Numbered from the stretch's first letter, positions 40,645 through 50,445 are shown. The stretch: DNA of 62,970 nt from Gemmatimonadota bacterium (GCA_023249395.1 JAHFCS010000001.1:1-62970); one strand, 5' to 3'. Made by a program: numbers and translations. The notes: generated from the letters alone by a model not told the origin.

Positions 40645-42012
40645 TCAGTACTTCGCCAGGTAGTTGTCGAGCTCCCACTGGGAAACCTGCGTGATGTACT
40701 CCTGCCACTCCTGTCTCTTCGCTTCGAGGAAGTTCGCCGTGATGTGCTCGCCCAGCGCGTCTTTGATCACCTGATCGCGCTCCAGCTCGTTGCATGCTTC
40801 CTCGAGATTGTGCGGGACGTCGTCGATCTTCAGTCGCCGTTTCTCTCGATGCGACATTTCCCAGATGTTGGTGTTCACCGGCTCGCGCGCGTCCGTCTTC
40901 TTCTCGATGCCATCGAGGCCGGCCGCGAGCTGCACCGCCAGCGCCAGATACGGATTGGCCGACGGATCCGGAATGCGAAGCTCGCAACGCGTCCCCAGTC
41001 CCCGACGGTCAGGAATGCGAATCATCGGTGTTCGATTTCGCATCGACCACGCGACGTTTACTGGTGCCTCGAAGCCAGGAACGAGACGCTTGTACGAGTT
41101 GACCAGCGGGTTGGTGATCGCGCAGAAGCCGCGGGCGTGGTTCAGAAGGCCGCCGATGTAATGCAGCGCGGTCTGCGACAGCTCCCACTTCGCGCTCTTG
41201 TCCCAGAAGGCATTTTCCTTTCCGCGGAACAGCGACTGATGCGTGTGCATTCCGCTTCCGTTCTGCCCGTATACCGGCTTCGGCATGAACGACGCCATCA
41301 AGCCGAATTGCTGTGCCACATGACGCACAACGAATCGGAATGTTGCAATGTTGTCCGCGGTCTTAAGCGCATCGGCGTATCGAAAATCGATCTCGTGCTG
41401 GCCATGCGCTACCTCGTGGTGAGCTGCTTCGACTTCGAATCCCATCTGTTCGAGTACGTCGACCACGGCACGCCTTGCATCCTCTCCGAGATCCACCGGT
41501 GCGAGATCGAAGTAGGCGCCCACGTCATGCGTCACCGTCGTCGCTTCGCCGTCCGGACCCAGCTTGAACATGAAGAACTCGGCTTCCATTCCCGCGTTCA
41601 TCGTGCTGAAACCGAGCCGCTTCGCACGATCCAGCTGTCGGCGGAGCACCCCTCGTGGATCGCCGTCGAAGGGTTCCCCGTCCGGCGTCGTTATGTCACA
41701 TATGAGTCGGGCGACTCTGTTGTCCGGGTCTCCCCATGGAAATACCTGGAATGTCGAAAGGTCCGGAGCGAGTAGCATGTCCGATTCCTCGATTCGAACG
41801 AAGCCTTCTATCGAAGAGCCGTCGAACATGATGTCGCCGTCGAGCGCCTTCTCGAATTGAGTCTGCGGGATCTCGACGTTCTTGTTGATCCCGAGGATGT
41901 CCGTGAACTGCAACCGTAGAAAGTGAACGTTGTTTTTCTCGGCAAGACCAAGAATGTCTTTCTTGCCGGCGCCGGCGGTATCCGGCATAGCTGCGCGTGA
42001 TTTGGGTGGCAA
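40645..42012 (-). CDS. glnA: Type I glutamine synthetase
   Basis: FDGSSIEGF, HHEVAHGQHEI, FMPKP..NGSGMHTHQS, NSYKRLVPGFEAP. TTG start with AGAGG RBS. Confidence 0.96.
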   Translation of the reverse strand: MPPKSRAAMPDTAGAGKKDILGLAEKNNVHFLRLQFTDILGINKNVEIPQTQFEKALDGDIMFDGSSIEGFVRIEESDMLLAPDLSTFQVFPWGDPDNRVARLICDITTPDGEPFDGDPRGVLRRQLDRAKRLGFSTMNAGMEAEFFMFKLGPDGEATTVTHDVGAYFDLAPVDLGEDARRAVVDVLEQMGFEVEAAHHEVAHGQHEIDFRYADALKTADNIATFRFVVRHVAQQFGLMASFMPKPVYGQNGSGMHTHQSLFRGKENAFWDKSAKWELSQTALHYIGGLLNHARGFCAITNPLVNSYKRLVPGFEAPVNVAWSMRNRTPMIRIPDRRGLGTRCELRIPDPSANPYLALAVQLAAGLDGIEKKTDAREPVNTNIWEMSHREKRRLKIDDVPHNLEEACNELERDQVIKDALGEHITANFLEAKRQEWQEYITQVSQWELDNYLAKY

Positions 42013-42053
42013 TGCGACCTCTACGTGGCGGGGGCGGGGATTGGGAAGCGCGG

Positions 42054-42082
42054 AAGCTATGGCTCGAGAACTGGGATGTCAA
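42054..42082 (-). promoter_or_regulatory. glnA sigma70-type promoter, TTGACA-17-TAGCTT
   Basis: Perfect -35, 17-nt spacer and TAnnnT -10 on the minus strand. Confidence 0.6.
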
Positions 42083-42248
42083 CTTAAATGTGCATATCAT
42101 GCACGAATTGTGTCTGATTCGGGCTGTTTAGTCCACAAAACCGGGTAAGGACGCAAGAATTTATGTCACAAATGCACGAATAAGGCTTCAAATCCCCTCC
42201 GGTCTAGATAACCTGCGTCGGCGCCATGGCCCGTGTACTTTGTAGGCC

Positions 42249-43106
42249 ATGACGTCTCCTCCTTCTGAAGCTGTCTGTTCGGTCTGTGGCACGGCAGGAT
42301 CCGGTCATTTTTGCGCAAACTGCGGCGCAACCATGGCATCAGTTGCATGCGCCGGGTGTGATGCGGCCCTTTCACCCGGCGCGCACTTCTGCCATCGCTG
42401 TGGCAGGTCGGTCGCAGCGGCATTTCCTTCGCTTGCGCCCACCGACCTGTATCCAACTCCTCGCAGGTCTTCCTCTCCCCTTCCGTGGGCTGTAGCAGGA
42501 ACTGCCCTGCTCGCTCTCCTGGCGATGTCAGCCGGCAAGTTCTTCAGTTCCGACCGCGGAGACGGCGGGCCCCAGAACGCCCTGACTCAGACTGGAGTCG
42601 ACAGCCGAATTGCGCCTCCCGCGGGTGGCGACGCTGCCAGCGGTGGCACATCGCCAATCCGTGCACCGGATATTTCCGCACTGTCTCCCGAGCAGCAAGC
42701 TGAGCGCCTTTTCAATCGGGTGATGCTCCTGAACAGCCAGGGAAAGTCGGACAGTGTTCTTTTCTTCGCGCCGATGGCGATCAGCGCATATCAGATGCTC
42801 TCCCCCCTGTCTGCTGACCAGCGCTACGACCTGGGGCGCATTGCCGAGCTTGCCGGCGCATTGCCGCTTGCCAAGGCACAGGCCGATACCATTCTTCACA
42901 CCAGTCCAAATCATCTCCTCGGATTGATACTCAGCGCTCGAATCGAATCCCTCTCTGGCAATGCTGCCGCGCGTAAGCAGTACGAGGCCAGACTTCTCGC
43001 TGTCGAGAAGACGGAGATGGCGAAAAAACTTCCCGAATACGATCTACATCAGAACGACATCAACAACGCTCTCGGTGATGCCCGACGTTCCGTCGGGAGC
43101 AGGTAA
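42249..43106 (+). CDS. Double zinc-ribbon membrane protein with TPR-like C-terminus
   Basis: Four CxxC motifs, one TM helix, helical C-terminal domain. Confidence 0.75.
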   Translation: MTSPPSEAVCSVCGTAGSGHFCANCGATMASVACAGCDAALSPGAHFCHRCGRSVAAAFPSLAPTDLYPTPRRSSSPLPWAVAGTALLALLAMSAGKFFSSDRGDGGPQNALTQTGVDSRIAPPAGGDAASGGTSPIRAPDISALSPEQQAERLFNRVMLLNSQGKSDSVLFFAPMAISAYQMLSPLSADQRYDLGRIAELAGALPLAKAQADTILHTSPNHLLGLILSARIESLSGNAAARKQYEARLLAVEKTEMAKKLPEYDLHQNDINNALGDARRSVGSR

Positions 43107-43946
43107 ATGAGCGGTGCCGTGATACACCTCGCGCATAGTCCCGACTCGGATGATGCGTTCATGTTCTACGCGCTTGCTGAAGGGAAAGTCGACGCCGAAG
43201 ACGTTGAGTACGTCCACGAGCTTCAGGACATCGAGACCCTGAATCAGCGTGCGTTACGGAGCGAGCTCGAGGTCACCGCTGTATCGATCCATGCCTACGC
43301 GTACCTCTCGGACCGCTACGCTCTTCTCCCGCATGGTGCGTCGATGGGCGACCGCTATGGGCCAAAGCTCGTAACGCCGTCGCCCATGAACAAACGCGAC
43401 ATCCGGGGCAGGAGAATCGCCGTTCCCGGTCCACTTACCAGTGCCTATCTGGCCTTGCGTCTTTACGAGCCCGATTTCGAGGCTGTGTTCACACCCTTTG
43501 ACCAGATCGATGAGTTGGTTCTTCGCGGAGAAGTCGATGCCGGGCTCCTTATTCACGAGGGCCAGCTCACTTACGGAGCGCAGGGTCTGAATCTCGTCGC
43601 CGACATGGGTGAATGGTGGTTCCAGGAGACGGGCCTGCCACTACCCCTTGGGGGAAATGTCATTCGGAAGGACCTCGATGAGACTCTCAAGCAGAAGGTC
43701 TCACGTCACCTCAAGGCCAGCATTGCCTACGGCCTCGACCACCGTACCAGCGCACTCGATCACGCGATGCGCTACGCTCGAGGACTTGAGCGCCGGGACG
43801 CCGACACGTTCGTGGGCATGTACGTAAACGAGTGGACGCTGGACTACGGCGAGCGTGGCCGGGAAGCGATACGCCTCTTCCTGCAACGGGGCGTGGAGTC
43901 CGGAATTATCCCCCATCCTGTCACTATCGAGTTCGTAGACGAATAA
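43107..43946 (+). CDS. mqnD: MqnA/MqnD/SBP family protein (futalosine menaquinone pathway, MqnD-like)
   Basis: HSPDSDDAFMFYAL, DIETLN, LIHEGQLTY, LPLPLG, MYVN. Confidence 0.75.
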   Translation: MSGAVIHLAHSPDSDDAFMFYALAEGKVDAEDVEYVHELQDIETLNQRALRSELEVTAVSIHAYAYLSDRYALLPHGASMGDRYGPKLVTPSPMNKRDIRGRRIAVPGPLTSAYLALRLYEPDFEAVFTPFDQIDELVLRGEVDAGLLIHEGQLTYGAQGLNLVADMGEWWFQETGLPLPLGGNVIRKDLDETLKQKVSRHLKASIAYGLDHRTSALDHAMRYARGLERRDADTFVGMYVNEWTLDYGERGREAIRLFLQRGVESGIIPHPVTIEFVDE

Positions 43947-44103
43947 TGTACTTGACGTCATCCGAGTGTCGTTGTATTCGGAGACATAGCGGTACTCACG
44001 GCTACAGCAAACAACACGCATAAGGCACGCGACGTGCACATTGGCGATCCGATCATCCGTCGCGACTCGGTTCGGTAACACTGAAACGCAACAAGGGGGA
44101 AGT

Positions 44104-45012
44104 ATGTCACGCAGCGATGAGAACAAAGAGCCGCTGAGGCTCGCCGAGGACGACGATTCGGACGATCTCGGCGGTTTTGGCCGGGGAAAGCGGCCATTCG
44201 AAGATGATGAAGATGAGGAGAACGGCGGCTGGGCGATAAACGAGGATCACAGCGATCGCCTCTGGGACAGCGCTGATGAAGTCGATGACGAAGATGAGGA
44301 GGAGGGACACACGGCTGATGCCGATGACGTCGAAGAGGACGACGAGGAGGAAGCGGATCTTTTCGGAGGTGGCGCGCCCCGCGGCAGACGCGGAAGGCCC
44401 AAAGGATCTACCAATGCAAACCGCGACAAGGCGGCCATGAGCACCGCTACCGCGCGGGATTCCGGCTCTGTGTTCGACGCAACGGGCGGCAGCTTGTTCG
44501 ACGAGCCTGATGCGGTCGTCAAGGCCGAGACCCCGGGCGCCGGTGGCCGCGACATGTCGGCTCACCCACGTGGCAATTCCATATCCGGCGGCAAGCCAAG
44601 GGACGACGGTGCCGGCCGAAAGTCATCAGCCACCTCGGGTCGCCCGAAGACGACTGCAGCGACCAGGCCCACCTCGGCTTCAGCGAAACCCAAGGCGGTT
44701 GCGAAAACGAAGTCGGCTGCAAAGCCGAAGGCGGCCGCAAAGAAGGCCACACGTCGGAAAGCCGCGCTGCCCAAAGCCAAGCTTGCAAAGCGCTCCGCCA
44801 GGAAGGCTGGTAGTTCGAGGAAGACAGCGTCGAAAAAGACAGCATCGAGGAAGAGTCGCAGCACGCGAAAGGCGTCCTCGCGTAGCGGCCGTGGTGCAAG
44901 CGCGTCACGAAAACCGGCGTCGCGCCGTGCCGGTAAAGCTGGAACGAGGAAATCGGGTGGCTCCCGCTCGGGGTCGAAGCGAGGATCATCCAGGAGAAGC
45001 GGTCGCCGATAG
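44104..45012 (+). CDS. Low-complexity protein: acidic N-terminus, AT-hook, histone-H1-like basic tail
   Basis: AAGGGGG RBS, D/E tracts, PRGRRGRPKGS, K/R/A/S-rich C-terminal third. Confidence 0.8.
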   Translation: MSRSDENKEPLRLAEDDDSDDLGGFGRGKRPFEDDEDEENGGWAINEDHSDRLWDSADEVDDEDEEEGHTADADDVEEDDEEEADLFGGGAPRGRRGRPKGSTNANRDKAAMSTATARDSGSVFDATGGSLFDEPDAVVKAETPGAGGRDMSAHPRGNSISGGKPRDDGAGRKSSATSGRPKTTAATRPTSASAKPKAVAKTKSAAKPKAAAKKATRRKAALPKAKLAKRSARKAGSSRKTASKKTASRKSRSTRKASSRSGRGASASRKPASRRAGKAGTRKSGGSRSGSKRGSSRRSGRR

Positions 45013-45078
45013 ATTCCGGCTTCTGGCCACCGTCGCGCACTGCGCGATTCGATCGGCAGCGCATCCCGCAGAGGGCTG

Positions 45079-46110
45079 ATGGACGAAAACAATAATCGCT
45101 GGCGCAAGATCGTCATGTCGGGTGGCGCGATACTCGGCGCTGCGGCAGCCTACAATGCCTTCGCCCGCAAGGGAGTAGACGAGCTCACCAATCTCATTGG
45201 GGGCGAAGAGGGAGGATTCGATTGGCGCGGGCGACGAATATCGTTCACCCGACGCGGCAAGGGACCCCCGCTTCTTCTCATCCACGGCATACATGCAGCC
45301 GCCTGGTCGTACGAGTGGCACGACAACGTGGATTATCTCGCTCTCTCGAATACCGTCTTTACTTTGGATCTTCTCGGGTTCGGGCGATCCGACAGACCTG
45401 CGATTCGGTATTCCGCGAGACTTTATATCTCGCTCATTTCCGATTTCGTCGACCAGGTTGTGAGCGATCCTTGCGTTCTTGTCGCTACTTCCCTCTCCGG
45501 AGCTTATGCGATCGTCCTTGGCGCGCGAGATCCACAACGATTCCCGGCGGTGGCTCTCATCGCTCCGACCGGACTGGTCCGCCTGAATCGGTCCGCCGGG
45601 ATCGCCGGCGGGGCCGGCCAGCTGGCCGTCGAAGCTCCGATAGTCGGAACCGCGATGTTCAACACCCTCGTCTCACGACGAAGCATTCGACATTTTCTCG
45701 AGAAAACCTATTCCGACGACTCGATCGTAACCGATGAGCTGGTCGACATCTACTACTGGACTTCACATCAGCGCGGTGCTCGCCATGCACCAGCCGCATT
45801 CATTTCCGGACACCTCAACATCGACGTTCGCCAGGCGCTGAGACGGTTGACACAGCCGGCGCTTCTCGTCTGGGGAGAGGAAGGCGCCGCTGCACCAGTG
45901 GAGGAGTCTCGTGGATTCCGCGCCCTCAAACCGGATCTTGAAATGGCCGTTCTCTCACCGGCTGGTGATCTCCCTCATGATGAGCGGCCCGACGATTTTA
46001 ATGTTATCCTATCCACATGGCTGAATCGCCAGTCGCTCTCCTCCGCGCCCACGCCCAGCACGCTCCCTGGAACGCCCGTGGCCTTGCCGCTCACGTCACC
46101 GCGCTCGTAG
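45079..46110 (+). CDS. Alpha/beta fold hydrolase
   Basis: LIHG, DLLGFGRSD, VATSLS elbow, VWGEE, LPHDE. Confidence 0.88.
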   Translation: MDENNNRWRKIVMSGGAILGAAAAYNAFARKGVDELTNLIGGEEGGFDWRGRRISFTRRGKGPPLLLIHGIHAAAWSYEWHDNVDYLALSNTVFTLDLLGFGRSDRPAIRYSARLYISLISDFVDQVVSDPCVLVATSLSGAYAIVLGARDPQRFPAVALIAPTGLVRLNRSAGIAGGAGQLAVEAPIVGTAMFNTLVSRRSIRHFLEKTYSDDSIVTDELVDIYYWTSHQRGARHAPAAFISGHLNIDVRQALRRLTQPALLVWGEEGAAAPVEESRGFRALKPDLEMAVLSPAGDLPHDERPDDFNVILSTWLNRQSLSSAPTPSTLPGTPVALPLTSPRS

Positions 46111-46562
46111 ACGCGGCCGGCATGCGGCCGACGAACTCATCGGCCCGTGCAGCTCCGAGCGCACGTTCCGTGCGATTCTACGTTGCAAGTGGATTACTCG
46201 ATCGCCCCGAAGGAACCGGGACAGCCGCAACATACAATTATCGCCACCTGCTTCAGCTCCTGGCGATCAAGATCAGGCAGCGCGAAGGACAGAGCTTGGA
46301 GACGATCAAGCAGGAGATGCATGAGCTCACCGGTGACGCTCTCGAGAGACGGATCTCGAGCTCACTCGCACCCGCCCTGACTGCCGGCGCCGACACCGCT
46401 GTTGCGCACGACGATGACCAGTCTTTCAGCTGGCGAAGAGCTCCGGTGGCCGATGGGATCGAGTTGCATATTCGTGATGACTTGCCCGCCGCTCGCGAAG
46501 AGGCGGTCATCGCCATGCGCGAAGCGGTGCGCGCTGCCCTAGGAAGAGCGGATATCCGGTAG
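46017..46562 (+). CDS. MerR-like helix-turn-helix protein
   Basis: SARSVRFYVASGLLDRP..Y..RHLLQLLAIK..Q..G.SL..I, C-terminal W.R..VADGIELHI. Confidence 0.75.
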   Translation: MAESPVALLRAHAQHAPWNARGLAAHVTALVDAAGMRPTNSSARAAPSARSVRFYVASGLLDRPEGTGTAATYNYRHLLQLLAIKIRQREGQSLETIKQEMHELTGDALERRISSSLAPALTAGADTAVAHDDDQSFSWRRAPVADGIELHIRDDLPAAREEAVIAMREAVRAALGRADIR

Positions 46563-46597
46563 CATCAGGCAGCGCGTCCCCTTGGACCGAACAGGCC

Positions 46598-47779
46598 CTA
46601 GAGAAGTCGTCTCAGCTTCTGAGCGCCCCATTCAAGCACCTTGCCAGGCCATGGCCGCTTGCGGAACGTCTCAAGTTTCATCCCCTCGGAGATCGAGTCC
46701 ATTTTCTGTCCGAGTTCGGGGTCCAGAGCCAGAACCTGGGATTCGTTGTTGAACGTCATTGACCGGTTGTCGAAGTTCATCGATCCGATTGCTGAGAATC
46801 GTCCGTCCACCACCAGCGTTTTCGCGTGCATCATCGTCGGCTGGTATTCGTAGATTCGCACTCCGTCCTTCAACAGTCTCTCATATAGAGCACGCCCGGC
46901 GTACCATGTGGTCTTTACGTCCGTCTTCGAGTTGACCGTGAGCACCCGGACATCCACACCACGTTTCACCGCTTTGACCAGCAGATTGCAGAAGTCATCG
47001 TTGGGAACGAAGTAGGAGTTGGTGATATAGAGCGACTTCCGCGCACCGGCGATGGACAGCGCCAGGTAACGCTCTGCAGGAGTGCTCCCGATTGTCGGAA
47101 TGCTGTGCATCAGCCCGGCGTTGACATTCCCGCCATCACCGAATGCCATCGGCGGGAAGAACATGTCCCCGGTCAGCAGCTAGCCGGTTGCTTCAGCCCA
47201 CGCAGATGCGAAAGCCGCCTGGAGCGCCGCCACGGTGGGACCTTCGAATCGAACGTTCGTCTCGCGCCACTGATCTTCGTGATGCCCGTCGCCGAGCCAG
47301 TAATCAGCCAGTCCGAAGCCTCCCGTGTAACCGACTCGGCCGTCGATGACTATCGCCCGCACATGTGAGCGCTGTGTCGCTTTGTGCAGCGTGTACCACT
47401 TGAGCGGACGAAGCCACGCGAATTCCACTCCCGCCTTCTTTAAGCCGGCGACCCATTCCTTCTTCAACGGCTGCGAGTAATACAGCTGCACAGTCAATGT
47501 CCGTTTCGCCGAGGACATGTCCTTCCAGAGTCGTGGATACGTCCCATCGCCATCGAGCAGAACCTGGACATCGTTGCCCTGATCGATATGCGTACCGGTA
47601 AACAGCTCGATCGTATGTGCAAACAGCGGATCACTGATCTGCGGAGGACCACCGCGGTCGCCCTCGGCGATTACCTGCTTGACCGGTGTACCGCGTGTAA
47701 CGGACAGCAACCCGATCAGCAGCAGCACCAGCCCCAGCGCGGCCGCAGCTACGGCCGCAGTTAGTTTGACGATACGCAT
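46598..47779 (-). pseudogene. cls: Cardiolipin synthase (PLD family), disrupted by an in-frame TAG and apparent internal deletions
   Basis: HVRAIVIDG..GYTGG and HAKTLVVDG..GSMNFDNRS. TAG at 47180-47182 lies in frame between the two ORFs. Confidence 0.8.
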
Positions 47780-47881
47780 TCTTCCCGGTGGTCCAGTGCG
47801 AATCCCTGTATCTTTAACTGCACGCGCGAAGGGGTCATCGCTCCTTGCCGCACATCCAGCCCTGCAACACTTTCCATCGAC

Positions 47882-48733
47882 ATGACTTTCGCGGCCCGCC
47901 GTCGCCCGGCGACTCGAGCGATCATCCTTGACCGATCGCTTGAAGCCCTTCCAGTTTTCCGACTCAGCGACTCGGCGGATGAGTCAGCAATAACCTACTC
48001 TCCGGCGTCGGGTGGCCGCTGGCGTGTGCTGCCGAATCCCGGTGACCGTCTGCCCGGTACCTTTGATCAGGACGTTTACGTTGAGGTCCTGCGCCGCTAC
48101 AGCGAAGCGGGATTCCCCACGGATGGCATGGTGAGCTTCACACTCCATGCTTTTCTCCGCTCCATCGGCCGTCGCGTTGATGGTCGGACCTATGACCAGC
48201 TTCGTTCAGCGTTCAATCGTCTGGAGAGAACGATGCTGGAATCGACAGGAGTCTACTTTGCCGCGCATTCGAACACCACGCTCGATGGCCACTTCACCAT
48301 TCTTAGCTCCGTGGCAATCGAGCGGCGAAGGCTCGCTGACCGCGAACAGTTTACTCTGTTTCCCGTCCTTGCAGCATCCGAGCCCGGCGACGCGCGCATT
48401 GTCATTTCTCCCACACTTCGCGAGAACATCGCCGCTGGGTGCACGGTTGCCTTGTCGTCGCCGCAGTATCAGTCGTTGAGCAGCCCCGTGGCAAGGAGGC
48501 TTTACAGGCTGCTCGAGGTAGCTCGCGAATCGGGAACGGTTACCTGGCGCGTCAGTCTCGATGAGCTCGCTCAGCAGCTTCCGCTTACGCAACGGTATCC
48601 GTCACACCTTCAACGCGTCCTTCAGCCCGCGCACGAGATGCTCGTTGGTGCCGGTCTGGTGCGCAGCGCGACGCTTCGCCAGGTCAATCGCGAATGGCTC
48701 GTCGACTACGCTCTCGCCAGCCGCATGGTGTAA
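47882..48733 (+). CDS. Replication initiator protein A-like (RepA/Rep_3-type winged-helix) protein
   Basis: LEALPVFRLS, LPGTFDQDVY, FTLHAFLRSIGR...GRTYDQLRSAFNRL, YQSLSSPVARRLYRLL. Confidence 0.65.
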   Translation: MTFAARRRPATRAIILDRSLEALPVFRLSDSADESAITYSPASGGRWRVLPNPGDRLPGTFDQDVYVEVLRRYSEAGFPTDGMVSFTLHAFLRSIGRRVDGRTYDQLRSAFNRLERTMLESTGVYFAAHSNTTLDGHFTILSSVAIERRRLADREQFTLFPVLAASEPGDARIVISPTLRENIAAGCTVALSSPQYQSLSSPVARRLYRLLEVARESGTVTWRVSLDELAQQLPLTQRYPSHLQRVLQPAHEMLVGAGLVRSATLRQVNREWLVDYALASRMV

Positions 48734-48837
48734 GCACACAATCTGCAGGTTGCCGCTCTGCGGCCACGCACTCGGAACTCTCACAAATCCGAGGCGTATG
48801 TACTAGCTTGAGAAGAACCACTCCACCAACCGCCAGT

Positions 48838-50427
48838 ATGTCCAATCCCCGAAAAATCGCCTTGCTCGGCCTGGTTCTGCTTCCAATTCTGGCCGGCGGA
48901 TTCGTCGTTCAGCAGCAGGAAGCACGTGACGGAGCCCGCCTCCTCGATCAGGTGCTTCAGATCGTGTCCGGACGTTTCGTTGACAGCGTGGACGCGGCTG
49001 CCCTGTATGAGAAAGCTGCACGTGGACTCGTTCGCGAGCTGAACGACCCTTATTCCATGCTCCTTTCTCCCAAGGAACTGGCAACATTCAATGCGCAGAC
49101 CGGCGGTCGCTACGGCGGAGTCGGCATGGAAATCGGAGAAGTTCAGGGATTTGTGACCGTTCAGCGGGTTTTTCCGCATACCCCTGCCGAACAAGCCGGC
49201 ATAATGGAAGGCGATCGTATCGTCGCAGTCGATACGGCCAATGCCCGAGGTTGGACCACTGCTCAGGCATCGGACGCCTTGAAGGGAGTCCCGGGAACAA
49301 AGGTGTCCGTAAAATTTCTCCGCGCCGGAGTTGCCGAGCCGATTCCGGTGACGTTTACCCGCGCGAGCGTCCGCATTCCGGCGGTACCCTACGCCATCAT
49401 GCTCGACGGGAAGGTGGGCTATATCCCGCTGCAGCAGTTCAATGAAACGGCCACTGACGAACTTGAAGCATCGGCCAGACGACTCGTTGGCGAAGGCGCC
49501 AAGGGCCTGATCCTTGACCTGCGTGGCAACGGCGGTGGCTATCTGGATCAGTCAGCAAGCGTCGCAAATCTGTTCCTGAACAAGGGCCAGGAGATCTCGA
49601 GCGTCCGCGGCCGCGGCGGAGACCAGCAGGTCTTCTACGCAACCGACCAGCCAACCGCTCCCACTATCCCGCTGGTGGTTCTGACCGACGGCCGTACAGC
49701 CTCCGCCTCGGAGATCGTCGCCGGCGCACTACAGGATCACGACCGCGCATTGATCGTGGGCACTACTTCTTTCGGCAAAGGACTCGTCCAGACAGTCTAT
49801 CCACTCGACGGTGGCTATGCCCTCAAGATGACGACGGCGAAATGGTATACACCGAGCGGCCGGTCTATCCAGAAGGAGCGCAAGCTTCTTCCCGACGGCC
49901 AGTTCGTCGAGGTGCTGCCGGACTCGATGGAGACTGATTCCGTCCGTAAGTCACGCCCGAAATTCAAATCTGACGGCGGCCGAGTCGTCTATGGTGGCGG
50001 CGCTGTCACGCCAGACGTAATCGTGCAGCCCGACACTTTGACTACCAATGAACAGAAGCTTCTCAACCTCCTCGCACCCAAGGCCCAAGTAGTACGGGCA
50101 ACGCTCGTCAACTACGCAGTCGAGCACAAGAACAAGGTGCAGCCGGGGTTTGTTGTCTCCAAGTCGTGGCGCGATGAGCTTTACGACCGCCTCGCGGCCC
50201 AGGGCGTGAAGGTAGATAAGCCGATGTTCGATGCCGGCGGCGCTGAAATCGACCGCCTCCTCGGATCGAGCATCGCCCGCATTGCTTTTGGGGATTCGAC
50301 CGAGAAGCGCCGCGAAGTATCCGAGGATGCACAACTCCGGCGGGCAATCGACATTCTCCGCCAGAGCCAGTCGCAAAGAGATCTCTTCGCTCTCGCCCAG
50401 CGCCAGAACATGGCGATGAAACAGTAG
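48838..50427 (+). CDS. S41 family C-terminal processing peptidase (CtpA-like)
   Basis: LNDPYS, PDZ GGVG, LDLRGNGGG, TASASEI, FGKG. Confidence 0.93.
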   Translation: MSNPRKIALLGLVLLPILAGGFVVQQQEARDGARLLDQVLQIVSGRFVDSVDAAALYEKAARGLVRELNDPYSMLLSPKELATFNAQTGGRYGGVGMEIGEVQGFVTVQRVFPHTPAEQAGIMEGDRIVAVDTANARGWTTAQASDALKGVPGTKVSVKFLRAGVAEPIPVTFTRASVRIPAVPYAIMLDGKVGYIPLQQFNETATDELEASARRLVGEGAKGLILDLRGNGGGYLDQSASVANLFLNKGQEISSVRGRGGDQQVFYATDQPTAPTIPLVVLTDGRTASASEIVAGALQDHDRALIVGTTSFGKGLVQTVYPLDGGYALKMTTAKWYTPSGRSIQKERKLLPDGQFVEVLPDSMETDSVRKSRPKFKSDGGRVVYGGGAVTPDVIVQPDTLTTNEQKLLNLLAPKAQVVRATLVNYAVEHKNKVQPGFVVSKSWRDELYDRLAAQGVKVDKPMFDAGGAEIDRLLGSSIARIAFGDSTEKRREVSEDAQLRRAIDILRQSQSQRDLFALAQRQNMAMKQ

Positions 50428-50445
50428 TAGACAGAACGATCGCAC

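Noticed and set aside
47180-47182. Pyrrolysine or programmed read-through of TAG in cls
   Set aside because: A single GAG>TAG change explains it, the gene has other lesions, and TAG is a normal stop in many genes here
47780-48837. Integrated plasmid origin around the Rep-like gene
   Set aside because: No iterons, DnaA-box cluster or AT-rich region seen in the flanks
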